From Psammoneis japonica (lineage: Eukaryota), in assembly GCA_008632985.1 (NCBI GenBank), contig QPGO01000041.1:496001-522901 (forward strand): a stretch of DNA of 26,901 nucleotides, read 5' to 3'. The position numbers and the translations under genes were made by a program. Below are positions 11,999 to 23,500 of this stretch, in pieces. Below the pieces are notes generated by a model. It was not told the DNA's origin, did no database searches, and was given only the letters and a program-made list of their open reading frames with translations. How positions within the stretch are numbered: position 1 is the stretch's first letter; every line of letters begins with the position of its first letter.

Positions 11999-12545
11999 AG
12001 GCCAACTTCAAGCCGCTCTTGGTGGTGTTGGCAAGGCATGCATGGCTCCAGCTGTTCTCGTCACGATCTTTGACTTTTGTGTCACCCGACTGGATTGCAA
12101 CCCCAAAAACAATGTTGTCAGTGACCCTGACACGTGTCTCCTCCTTATGGACAAACGGTTCACCCTCCACTGGCACCCAATGTGGCTTGAGACAGCCATC
12201 CTCTTTGGAGTGGTAACGGCCAGTAAGCTTGAGAGGCGCTGGGAATCGCAAGATGAAATGTCAGCATCCACGACCGTGTTTCTCGTCTTCACGGAGTTTG
12301 GTGGTCAGCTTGCTGTGCGGTGTTTCCGTCTGGTGGCATGCATCACACAGCACCTTTGCGTTATGGTGAAAGCGCTCGCATTCGTGGTGGTGCGAGTGGG
12401 GTGCGGACGGCACCGTCATGAGGATGTCAGAGTCAGAAACCACCTGGGCCTCACACTTGTTCTCAAAAAAGTCCCCAGCATGTGCCGCCAAGCAGACAAT
12501 CTCAAAACCACCCTGGTGAACCTTGTTGTCCGTCTTAGGATGAAA
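11997..12545 (-). pseudogene. Passenger gene fragment (~180 codons, unknown function) inside the TIR element
   Basis: ORF-track entries 12261..12752 and 11997..12251 are in the same frame, split only by a TGA at 12261-12263 (probable CGA->TGA). Sequence looks globular (GGFEIVCLAAHAGDFFENKCEAQVVSDSDILMTVP...HFILRFPAPLKL...IVFGVAI). The 5' end runs into the second array. Confidence 0.5.
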
Positions 12546-12549
12546 GAGC

Positions 12550-12830
12550 TGTTGAAAATACCGACTTTCAAGAGAATTCTGTTGAAAGCTTGCTTTCAAC
12601 AGGTTTTTGTTGAAAGATCTAACTTTCAACAGGTTTTTGTTGAAAGATCTAACTTTCAACAGGTTTTTGTTGAAAGATCTAACTTTCAACAGGTTTTTGT
12701 TGAAAGATCTAACTTTCAACAGATTTTTGTTGAAAGCTCTAACTTTCAACAACTTTTTTGTTGAAAGATCTAACTTTCAACAACTTTTTTGTTGAAAGAT
12801 CTAACTTTCAACAACTTTTTGTTGAAAGTC
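12550..12830. repeat. Tandem array of eight 30-31-bp hairpin units (AACTTTCAACAGGTTTTTGTTGAAAGATCT) plus degenerate leading copies
   Basis: Direct reading; same core and orientation as 11147-11316. Confidence 0.95.
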
Positions 12831-13451
12831 GGTTGTCCGTTGAGTTGTGACCGTAAAATTAATGTGCAACATCTGTCATTGTATGTGTATATAGAAGAAA
12901 AGGGCAATTTCAATGTATTCGACGGACATGTGTTGCAGCCTACGAAAATGTCCATTTCACCAGAGTCGTTCGTGGGAACCAGACGCACCGCGCCTGCACG
13001 CACGAGCGCGACGGGACAGCTTCGACTTTCAACAGATTTGAGGCGACTCCAGAGAACAGTGGTCGCAGGTTCGACACCTTGATTCATGCAAAAAGTTCAC
13101 GGTAACGCAGGGGGGGCAAACGCCTATAACAGCCTAACTAACATGCAGAAAATGTCTGCGCAAGAGGAGCGTACAAAACATGCCTTCCAACCAGGGTACG
13201 AGAAGCCAACAGGGTACGAGACGCCTAACAGAGTAGCCTTACTAACAACACAAACAAGTTCACAAATTGAACAAAATACACATAAAAGCATCCCGACAGG
13301 CACAGGAGACACCTCTCCGGTGATTGCACTGACAGTTGTAATGCACAATGAAAACACACAAACATGCACACCTGACACTGACAACTAGAAAACATCCACC
13401 TCTGAATGTGATGCAAACCAGTGTGCTTCGTGAAGATCCTGACATCAGTTT

Positions 13452-13460
13452 GAAGGGGGG
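13452..13460 (+). promoter_or_regulatory. Polypurine tract of the TRIM (GAAGGGGGG)
   Basis: Immediately precedes the 3' LTR. Confidence 0.85.
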
Positions 13461-13539
13461 TGTTGCGGCACACATGCTTGCATGTCACCAGTGTGAACAA
13501 CGGCTGGATGTGCAATTGCCCTTTTGTGCACATGTGACA
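13461..13539 (+). repeat. 3' LTR of the TRIM
   Basis: Direct repeat of 10775-10853, followed by TSD CAGTG. Confidence 0.92.
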
Positions 13540-13544
13540 CAGTG

Positions 13545-16500
13545 CGCATGCTACAAGTTGTGTGCTTGAACGGGAAGTGGAGCCAGTCGGCGGAGAAGAT
13601 CTCAGTGTCAAGGTCTTCATGATGTGGACGAATGCATGGCTCGCCGCACTTGGTGAAATCCCACTCGACCACATGAGAAAGAAGCACTTGGGTGACTCGA
13701 GTTTGTGCTGCACTGCGTCCAGCAAATCACACCAGAGTTGATCATCCTGTTGTGATGAGAACAACAGGTCAAGAGTTGAAGGTTGAGGAGACTGGCACGG
13801 AAGTCATTGACTTGTTTGGACGTGTCGTCTGCACATCCTCGATTGTGCACGTGGATGAAGAATCAGCCATCAGGAGTTTTGAAGCATGCTCCTGTTGCTT
13901 TGGCATCAAAAATGTTGAACAAATGGCTGCAAAGGGTGTTCCAGTGCCACGGAAAATTGCCACTGCCTTGACCGGTGCCGCAGAGGGGGGAATCGTCCGT
14001 GTGGGAATGACTCCACTGGGCCAATCCCAGCAAGGTGCGCAGCCAGTGTCTGGCGTGATGCAAGGCATCTATTTTAACTTTGACCACGTGTGAATCCACT
14101 CCGTCACTCCGGGAACAAAGTCCAATGATTGCAGGGACATTCTTGTCAAAGCATGAGGTGAAATCATCGTCGCTTGTCAGTGTCATCTTTCTGGAAGCTC
14201 GGGACATTTCTGGCATCAGGTTTTCAAGAAACACAGGAGTCTGGGCAGAGAGGAAAGAGTGGCAGCCATAAATTCCTGGGTCACACATCCGGTGGTGCTC
14301 CATGTGTTGTGCCAGTTCTCGCCACTTTGTGCTCGCGATGATTTGAAAATCTGCTTTGCAGATGTGAATCACGCGCAGGCGGTGCATTTTGTTGTTGCCT
14401 GGCTCTTTGAATGTCATCACATTGATGATGTCTTTCCAGCGGTCATGTGAATGTCCCCATTTCAATGTGCAGTTAATGAGATGCAGTTGAATCATGAGTG
14501 ACGTTTGCTGAACCTGGTCAAGGAGTGATCTCTTCGGGGTCGGATTGCCTTGAGTGTCTTGAGCTTTAGAGTGTGAATGAGGTGCACACAATGCCTTCCA
14601 ACATCCAAGATGTGATCCTGATTTCAGCAAGGTGGACGTTGCTTCTGACCACATTTTCAATTTAGACAGCAATGCGGTGGATGAGAGACAATTGTTCACC
14701 GTTGGAGGTGTGTGACGACGAAGATGCTGGACAAGTGACAAGGTTGCATGGTTCAACTGACTGGTGTCACATTCTCCGTCCAAAACAAGTTCTGCCACAA
14801 TGGTGTCACCTTTGCACCCCAGGTCCACTGACAAGGACGGGACAGTCAGCGGTGCACCTTTGGCCTGGCCAAAATGACGTTGATTCCTGGACTGAAGTGC
14901 TGCTTCGACGTCGTCCGGAGCTTCCACTGTCATCCAATGCTCGCAAGTCTTTGGGTTGTCATGAGGATTCACTGGCACTTGAACAGTCTTAACACTGGAG
15001 TCCTCCTTGGCCTTGCATGCGTTAATCTTTCTAAAGACTCTCTTGGTCTCTTCTGCACATCGCACATTGCAAAGAATTTTGGCCTGAGCTTTTGACGCTT
15101 TGGCACCTTCTAGCTCCAGTTCTGCAATTTTTGTGTCTCATTCAGAATCACGGTGTTTCTGGCTCTCTCTCGCGATCTGTCGGCACTTGGATCTAGCACA
15201 GCGCAAAGCAGCAGAACATTCTTGGATTGTTGTGGGAAGGAGAAAGGAAGAAGAGATTTTACATTTCTCTTGAAGAACCAAAGGCACCACATCCTTGCGA
15301 TTGCGGAACATTGACATCATTCGGGACAATGCAAAAACTTGTTTCCAAAGATCAGTGAGTTTGATGGACCATTCTGGCTCTTTGTGACGTTTGCATTGCT
15401 TGGCTGCTGCCAGGGAGAATTGGGTCATGTCACGGTTGAGTTGCTCAGCAAGGCTGTGGTCAGGAGTGTCAGATTGAAACAAGGCTGTTGCACGATCCAG
15501 AATGTTTCTACTGGTGGTCAAGGGATCCATTGCTTCAAGACACATGGTGACATGTTTAGGAGACAATGCTTGGAGATCACTGAACTTTGGTCTTGATGAA
15601 TCAACTGACGGACTGCCGAACAGGGCAACTGTGTCAAAATCCACGAAATGGGCACGGTGATCCAAAGACATGCAACAGCTGAATGGTTCACATCCACAGT
15701 GCCGCACCGCTGCTAAAGCACCGGGGGTCGCTGGCACACAATCCAAATGTCTGGAGCCTTGCACACAGGCAGAAAAATCAAGGTCTTCATGCTTGTGATG
15801 CATGGCGTCCGACATGTTGAATCGTTGGGCCACAGATGCGAGAGTGTCGGAATCGTCACGGAAGTCTGTGTTAAAATTGCCTGCCAGAATCACTTCCCGT
15901 CTCATCTCAAAAGTGCTCAAGAATGCGTGTCAGATCGGTGCAGAACACTCACCGGGGATCTGGATTTGCTTGGCCTTGTTGATGGAGAAGTGCCACTTGT
16001 TGAGCACATGCAGTTGTTTTGCCTGCAATGGACAACGAGTTAGAACACACTCTGCAACACAAAACAAACATGACCTGTTGGCCGTGCTTTCCATCAAAGA
16101 TCTGCATGGACCAGCAACCCAATGGATCTTTGCATTGTGCTCAACACCTCGCGGACAGAGAGTTGCAAGATGTGACAGCGGTGCCACCTGGTTCACAAGG
16201 AGTGGAGAAGGGAGTCTTTGATGACAAACAGGTGATTCTGCCATGACACAAGCCTCTTGTTGCCGCTGCCGTGCAGCTGTGCCAAACTTGGAATTGTGCA
16301 GTGTCTGAACATGTCTCAGAGATGCCTGTGACATCAGCTTGAATTTCTGTGGCCACTTGTGCACAATCATTATAATGTCGCCACCACGGTGATCAAATGA
16401 ACAGCCATTGGTGTTGAACGCACACAATCTTGTGTGTCCAGACAATTTGGGGAGCAGTGGATCACCAACAGGGTCATTCGAAGACAATCTGGTGCAGTCA

Positions 16501-16650
16501 ATGGCAGTGGAGGGAGGGGCGTGACATCTTCCTGACAACAACTGGGTCCACTGCTGTGCAGTGGGATTAACTGCAGACGAAGGGGCATCACCCCTCATTC
16601 GGAGGCCGCGCTTCCTTGAAGGAAGGCTTTTGAAGACTTGCGTCTGCATC
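13545..16650 (-). pseudogene. ORF2 5' half: apurinic-like endonuclease (APE) and reverse transcriptase
   Basis: APE: RLCAFNTNG, DVTGISET, PGGT, DPLGRW, ILAGNFN, GSRHLDC, LDHRAHFVDFD. RT: KEPGNNKMHRLRVIH, DDDFTSCFD, LCGTGQGSGN, GCADDT (=YADD, ~13823-13839), QLWCDLL...LESPKC. Upstream boundary approximate. Confidence 0.88.
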
Positions 16651-16689
16651 ATGCAGTGGAGGCAGGTGAGACAACTGGGCCTGCCTCAA

Positions 16690-18372
16690 AGAAAATCTGA
16701 GTCATCCGTGTCTGTCACAGTTGCATCCCTGGGAGGATGATGAGAGGAGGGGGCTGCAGGGACCAACACAGCTTGCTTCTTGCGCTGAGGAGAAACTGGT
16801 GTGTTTGGAACCACAGATGCAAACGTCTCTTGAATCGTCGTTTGCAGCTGGGCTGTGAGAGTGGTTTGTAATTGTGTGGCCACTGCTTGCTGTGACTGGG
16901 TGGACAGCGCCGCAATTGATTCTTGGTGCTTCCGTTCTAGGGCTGCAAAACGTTTTTCTTGTTCTTGTTGGTTTTGACAAACAAGCTGTTGTAATTTGGC
17001 GATTTACGCAGACTGGTTCATCACATCCGACATGGGGATGGCACCAGGGATGACTGCTCCAGGCTCATTCTGCAACACCTGGGAATGCATGGGAAAACCT
17101 GCATTCACTCCGACACTTTTTGGGACTGGAGGACCTTTGGATTCTGTTGATTGAGGAGGAGCGATGGAAGCTGCTGGAGAAATGTCTGAAATGTCTAGAG
17201 ACGCCCAACTCTGAATGCTTGTGGAAGAGATGGATTGAACCCTGTCTGACATGTCATCACCAATGCCAGGGATCATGGGTTTGGGTTGGGCATCAGGGAT
17301 GCCTGCCTCTGCTGCAATGGCTTCAAACCACTCTGGAAGATGTTCTGCAATGCAGTGCTTGGCTTGATGGAACAAATCCTTGTCCACAAGAATGTCGCAC
17401 CTCTGGACAATGGATGGTTTCTTCAATGGGACCACGTCCAGGACTCCTGGCACCTCTTTAATTGCACCTGTCAGGCAAAAAGTGGGCTTCAATGTGATGC
17501 AATGCCGGTGTGATGTGGGTCTTGGCACTCGTTTTATGTTGTTTGTGGGTTGCTTTGTCAAAAGCTTCTGGTTGCAAATGACACCAGCGGGACAAGACCA
17601 ACACAAGAGGATGTTCTTTCAACACCTCCAATGAGGCGTGAATCACATCTTTTGCTTGATCATGGGGAGTTTCGATGGCATGGAAATTAGTCTGAAGAGA
17701 TTGATCTGCCAGTGATGAAGCCGACTGAACTGCCAACCTGACAGGCAATTTCAAGCGGCTGCGTTGAGGGAGAAGGACCATTGACAATTTTTGAGCCACA
17801 TCTTTGGGGCAATGCTTTGGGAGTGGGTCAACAAGTGGAGCCACTTGTGCCAAATCAACGATGGTCTCGTCCCAGTGGTGGTGGTGCATGTGGGTGCCAT
17901 TGTCTTTCAATGCTTTGTTGATGAAAGGGACATTCCTGACATTGGCAATTGACAAGGATGTGCGGATTCTGTGTGCAATGACAAACATTGGAGAACAACG
18001 GCGTGATCCACCCATGCAGTGCATGACGAAATGTTGAGAATGAGTGAGACCGGAAGTCAACTCGACAACGTTGATTTTGGGTGTTTTAAGACCACGGTTC
18101 AACACAATTGTCATCTGATTCATCAACGGATCTTGTGAGGCTTTCTGTTGGAGAGCATTGAGGATTGTGGCATGACCCATGGCTGACACCGTGGATGTGT
18201 TGTCGTCCGATGAGGTCAATTCAAAATGGACGGCAATCTCTTTGAGCATGGTGCTTTTGGGTTTTCCGGATCCAGCTCTGGTGGGAGTGGGTGGAGCATC
18301 ATCAACATCAGGTGGTGGATCTGGCTGAGGGTCACCGGCATGGCTGGCCTGTGGCAGCAGAGGATTTGTCAT
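16690..18372 (-). pseudogene. ORF1 of the non-LTR retrotransposon (frameshifted)
   Basis: Long protein-like overlapping frames (MTNPLLPQASH... from 18372; 17004..17606; 16686..16883) between the element 5' end and the APE domain. Confidence 0.65.
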
Positions 18373-18446
18373 GGTGACAAGTTTTCGGCACAAATTTTGT
18401 GCAGAATTCCAAGCAGAAACCATCAACAGGAACTTACACAGAAAAG

Positions 18447-18463
18447 TGCAATCTTTGTGCACA
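18447..18463. repeat. Right 17-bp target-site duplication of the non-LTR retrotransposon
   Basis: Identical to 7754-7770. Confidence 0.9.
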
Positions 18464-19484
18464 GAGGACAGATGTGCACACAAAAGCTTGGGAACTTGGG
18501 TCAGAGGGGTGTTGGTTGAAAGCCAAAAAGAGCAGCCCTCAAAAGGGTGTGACCAATTCACAACCCTCAACGGGGTGCGTGTGCCAATGGGCTCCATTTC
18601 TGAATGATTGTGGGTGGAGTGCAGCAGGGTCTTGATTTAGTTTGGCAGCACCACAGGCCAGTTTGTTCTGTTCCTTGAGGTCTGCAATGCACCATGCATG
18701 CAACCGCAATTGATTGATGAAGTGAGGCATGCAACAGCACACAATTGACACACAACAGAAGCTTGATTGACATGACTGAAGCACACATCACTGTGTGTCC
18801 TTGTGCGCAAGATGTTTGCACAAGTGAGGTGAAAAAAGGGAACATGTTGATCAAAAAGCTGACTGTGTGTTGACAAGACTTTCATGTAAAAAATGCAAAG
18901 GAGCCTGACATGTTTCAAAACAATGCTGTTCTGTGACATGGAAAGTTTTCACAGCGAAAAGTGTGCCAGATGATCACAGGACATCAGAGGCAGCAATGCA
19001 GTGGTTTCCACTTTCCTTTGTAAAATTTTGAGTGTGCATTGTTAAAATTGTCAACAAGCAGAACTTAAAAAATGCCAGCAAAAGTGCTTGACAAAATGAA
19101 ACTGTTTTTTGCATTTTATCTGATGTCTCGTTAACTTTTCTTGCACAAGCTTCAATCAAATGCATGTGATGTTTATTTAAATTAGGATCAAAATCTATTT
19201 TTTGTTGTGCATGGTTTGGTTTCCTTTTGATCGTACACAATCAATTTGAACTTGGTTTTAACTTTGTCCTCCTCACTCACGTGTGTGTGTCTTTGCACGT
19301 GTGCAGTCTGCAGCACTTCACGCACGCACGTGACCCACCTTCATTTTTCTTCACTTTTGCACAGCCCGTTGGTCTACGGCATTTTCAGCACATGTTTGCA
19401 TGTGCAATTTTCCACACATTTCACAACAGTGCACCCTCACCCCAAAGTTTGAAAAACGAGAGCGCGTGCTGTTATGATTCACGT

Positions 19485-20266
19485 GGATCTGTTGCGACAA
19501 TTCTTGAGAATCGACGATTCTTGAGAATCAGAGACCGAATCTTGTGAAAATCGATTCTTGAGAATCGGAGCTCGTGCCACGAATTGGAATCTTGTGAAAA
19601 GGGAATTCTTGTGAAAAATCTGTCACATGAATCCAAAGTCAAAATGGCGATCATTGTCGACGAGAAGTCAATCAACAGTCCCAACAATCAACCATGTGTT
19701 GCATCTTAATGGCTCACATGTTAATGAATCGAAAAATCTGAGAAGAGTTGGCTTCTTCATTGCTTTTTTGGTTGAAAGAGCACAACAACAACATCGGCGC
19801 ACGAGTGTTTTGACGGTTTTTTCGACTCCAGAGCGGCTTTCAAAGCACAGTGAGACTCTCACAAGTGTTGCAAACTAAGTGATGTCGAACAAGGTTGAAG
19901 CATTTATCGCAATGTCTTGAATGGTGTCGCTTCTTGCGTTGAAGACGCCATTGTCGTTCACAGCTTCGAAGTCGGTGCGAAAATCGCTTTACACTCACAT
20001 GCATTCTTCAATGATTGAATGTGCGTGACGTTGTAATTTTAAATTAGTGAATGCATGACACACTGGGAGTTTTCATGAGAATCAGTGACAGCTGTTCTCA
20101 AGAATCGAACTTCGATTCTTAAGAAAACAGGACGGCGGAACTTGTGAATCGTCCGTTGAGCACGCACGTCGAGCTAGAATTTTGCGTTCAACGGAAATCA
20201 GATTCTTAAGAATCGGCACCCGGATTCTTGAGAATCGGTTTTCACAACTTTCATCGTGACAGATCC
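19485..20266. mobile_element. 782-bp MITE-like TIR element with subterminal palindromic repeats
   Basis: TIR GGATCTGTTGCGA (19485-19497) versus GGATCTGTCACGA (reverse complement of 20254-20266). Flanks CGT / CAT (3-bp TSD with one transition). GATTCTT(A/G)AGAATC copies near both ends and CTTGTGAAAA repeats. Confidence 0.8.
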
Positions 20267-20511
20267 CATTGACTGGATTCGTCTCTCAGAAATTTGGAGC
20301 AGATTTCTGCGCAATTGGCACAACACGTCACCAAGTTGAAGTTCATTTTGTTGGCGGGAAAACAAAAAGCATGAGAATTATCACGCACCCGGTCGCTCGA
20401 CGATGATGCTCACCATTTTCCCAAAACCCATGACTTTTCATGTTGCGGCACAGAGCGACCTTCTACAAACATCAGTGAAGCCCCCTCTACCCCGCAACAT
20501 AAAAAATCACA

Positions 20512-23500
20512 ATGAGCGACGTCAGAAATTCATTCGTTGCCAAGCACGTGCAACTCGTCTTCGGGGACAAGCGTCTTCATAACTGTTGGATGCCGGTGGA
20601 CCTCTGGGCGGAACATTGCAATGCTAAATTTGGTTTTTCCAATGAGGATCTCCGTGTGATGGGCAGAGAGATAAAGAAGACACACAAAAACCAAGCTGGA
20701 GTGTCAAACGTGACAACAACAAACAACATTGTCGGCGATGGCGTGAGTCTGCACAAGACAGAATGCAGTTGTCAGATTGATGGCAAACGAGGAAACCACA
20801 CATTCTTTCATGTTGCTGCTGGGGTTCCCAGCCGATTTCTTTGTCCTCCAACAACTGGGAATGACAGTGTTGAAGCTTGGCTGCAAAGTGGGGCAGTCCG
20901 GAAGCAAATTGGGAGAGACTCAGTGCGACGAGCAGAAATGCTCACAGAGCATTCGGAGACGGATCCCGACATCCAGAACACGGAGAAGGCACGGCAAGCA
21001 AAGAAAAAGCAACGCACTTCAAATGAAAATGAAAATGACAACATGTCCATTGAAGATTTGGAGTCCGCCAGGCAAGACAATCTGCCACGATTCGACTGTT
21101 GGGATTCTACCTGAGCCCGTCGCATCTTTGCTCCGCCCTCTGTTTGCCCATCTGATGTTAATGTAAAGGCGGCTGCACAAGATGGAATCAACATTCTATC
21201 AGCTGTTGTCAACCATGCCCAAGGATGCAAATCTGTGTTGCCTGATCAGGATGACAACAATGTGACTGCCGACTGTGAGAAGGTTGCCATGAGGCATCGT
21301 GCGCTGTGCATCATGGTGGCGCTTCAGACGGCGCTTGACAATCTCAAAGGCGAAGGAAATGAGATTGAAGGCAACATGAGTTGGGGTGAGTGTTGTCAAC
21401 ATGCTGTCACTGGACTGAAAGAAGATGGCATCACGGCTGTGTCCAACTGGCAGACGGTTCAGCGGTGGCATCGTCGTTTGGCCGACGCCGGTGATCACTT
21501 TCCTCAAAGCCACAACCGAGGCAAACAACAGCTTCCATCCTTCTTCAGCGAGAATCCTGAGGTTAAGAATGCTTTTGCTCAACATGCAATCAAAAACTTG
21601 AAGGAACTGTTGGTCGAATTGATGCACGAGCACCTCCACCAAAAAATCACACCGGCTCTCATGCTAAATGCAAAGAAAGACGTCGTGATGGTGGATGACG
21701 AAGACTTTGAACAAGCTGTGGATTCTGTGGGTGAGTCTCCCGCGCTTAGTGCAGAAGAGGAAGCTGCTGAGGAAGAAACCAAGAGTTTGTTTCTTAAACA
21801 GCATAAACTCCGTTCACTTTCTATTTCCACAACAGCACGCTGGATGCGTCTCCTGGGATTTAGACACACAAACAGAATCAAAGGATTTTGTGTCGATGGT
21901 CACAAGAAGCCCGCCACAAAGTCGTGTCGCAAGAAGTTTACAAAGGAGCATCTTGAGTTGGAGAAGAGGTGCTGCCGGTGGATTCAATTGCCCTTGGACG
22001 AGGCGACCGAGCTCATGAACCAATCATTGGTTCCGCGTCGGGGTGAAAGCTCTGCATTCACTCGTGATGGTAATGTGTTTGTCGAGTTTCATGTGGACGA
22101 CTACAGCGGTTTCCGTGATGTGATTGCGCAATCGGACGACTTGAATGCAAGGCAGCATGACGGCTGTCTGAGTTTCCGCTTTCCCACTGGTGAAAAGCCT
22201 GTTGTCATGTGGGGACAAGATGAGGCCATCTACAAACAGTTCCTGTTGAGTAAGAAGGTGTGGGTGGGACCCAATGGCAAGACGGCTCTTGTCCCGAAAG
22301 ACGAAGGTCCAGGTGCCATGCTGTCTCTGTTCACATCTCGCAAGTTTGGTTTGTTGCGTGAGCTCGACAAGGAGCTGCTCAAGCAAGTCAATGAAAAGAG
22401 AAGTGGAACCAAGTGCAGTGACGAGGAAGCAGCAAAGGAAGCCAGGAAATCAAGCAACAAGAAGGACTTGGAGAAGAGCCCATTCCTGGTGAAATTCGAG
22501 TGCGGCTCCAACGACGAAGGCTGTTGGAACTACAATCACATGGTGACACAGTTGGAAGACTGTGTTGATGTGTTGGATGAAATGTGTCCAGAATTTGAGC
22601 ACGCATTTTTCTTTGATCACTCGGCAGGCCATGCGAAGCAGAGGGAGGACGGCTTGTCGGTTAACAAGATGAACCTGGGCTGGGGTGGGAAATACAAAAT
22701 GAGAGCAAGCAGGCTCACAGACAAATGCATTGGACAGCATGACAATGCTCACAGATTGCAAAGTGGTGAGACACAAGCAATGGCATTCCAGGAGGAAGAC
22801 GAAGGGCCTCACCTTGTGGCTCCGGAAGAACGACAGCAACGAAAGCACGACATCGTGACGAGCGAAATCAAGACCATTGACAAGCTCAGAGAAGAGCTAG
22901 AAAATGATCTGAAGCAAAATGATGCAAGCTGTGCGGTTCTCAAGGGTACAACCAAAAAGGATTTGCAAGATGATTGCGAAAAAGCCGGCATTCCTACAAA
23001 GAAGACCGTTCCGAAGATGGTGCCTGGTTGGGTGGGCAAGCCCAAAGGATTGCTGCAAGTCTTGATTGAACGTGGTTTGATTGATGCAAGCCCAAAACAT
23101 GGAAAGGGAGGGAAAAGGACAAGCATGGGAACTGCAAGGAAAATGCTGAGCCCGCAGAACTGCTTGCCTCCTGCAAAGATTTCGCGAATGAAACAACGCA
23201 ACTTCAGCATCATGCGAAGCTGCTTGGGGGTCCGAGTAATCTTGACTCCAGAATGCCATGCCGAATTGGCGGGAGAAGGCACAGAACATCTCTGGGCATG
23301 CTCCAAGGGTCAGTGTTGAAACCTCAACCTGTCACAGAAACGAGGGAAAGACAATTTCAAAAAATCAGTTGATTGTTGCTCATCGGAGGAGGTGTTGACA
23401 CTTGAACGCATTCGCAAGTTTGCCAAACGCACAAGACAGTGCATTCAAGCTTGCCATGTCATTGACAATGGATGCGTGGAGGACACAGAGAGGGTCCGCG

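Larger units (their letters stand above)
10903..13050. mobile_element. 2148-bp non-autonomous TIR DNA transposon nested in the TRIM
   Basis: 24-bp TIRs with 22/24 match: GGAGTCGCCTCAAAATTGTTGAAA (10903-10926) versus the reverse complement of 13027-13050. Flanked by CAG| and |AG (TSD is AG, or CAG overlapping one base). Subterminal arrays repeat the TIR motif TGTTGAAA. Confidence 0.85.
10775..13539 (+). mobile_element. Non-autonomous Ty1/copia-type TRIM (~615 bp without its nested TIR element) inserted in LINE ORF2
   Basis: 79-bp TG...CA direct repeats, 5-bp TSD CAGTG (10770-10774 and 13540-13544), PBS and PPT. Removing it restores the LINE frame STQLVACAL-HKTLGHCMAP. Confidence 0.92.
7771..18446 (-). 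mobile_element. Full-length decayed non-LTR retrotransposon (ORF1 + APE-RT-RNase H-CCHC ORF2; Ambal-like diatom type), ~7.9 kb after removing the nested insertion
   Basis: 17-bp TSD and ordered domains on the minus strand: ORF1, APE, RT, RNase H, zinc knuckle. Many frameshifts and stops. Clade name is inference from domain architecture. Confidence 0.9.

Noticed and set aside
11147..12830. 30-bp palindromic repeats resembling a CRISPR array
   Set aside because: Units are head-to-tail with no unique spacers, there are no cas genes, and they sit inside a eukaryotic TIR element.
10876..13085. Functional tRNA gene
   Set aside because: Even when rejoined, the anticodon arm is truncated and the acceptor stem cannot pair; kept only as a tRNA-like promoter hypothesis.
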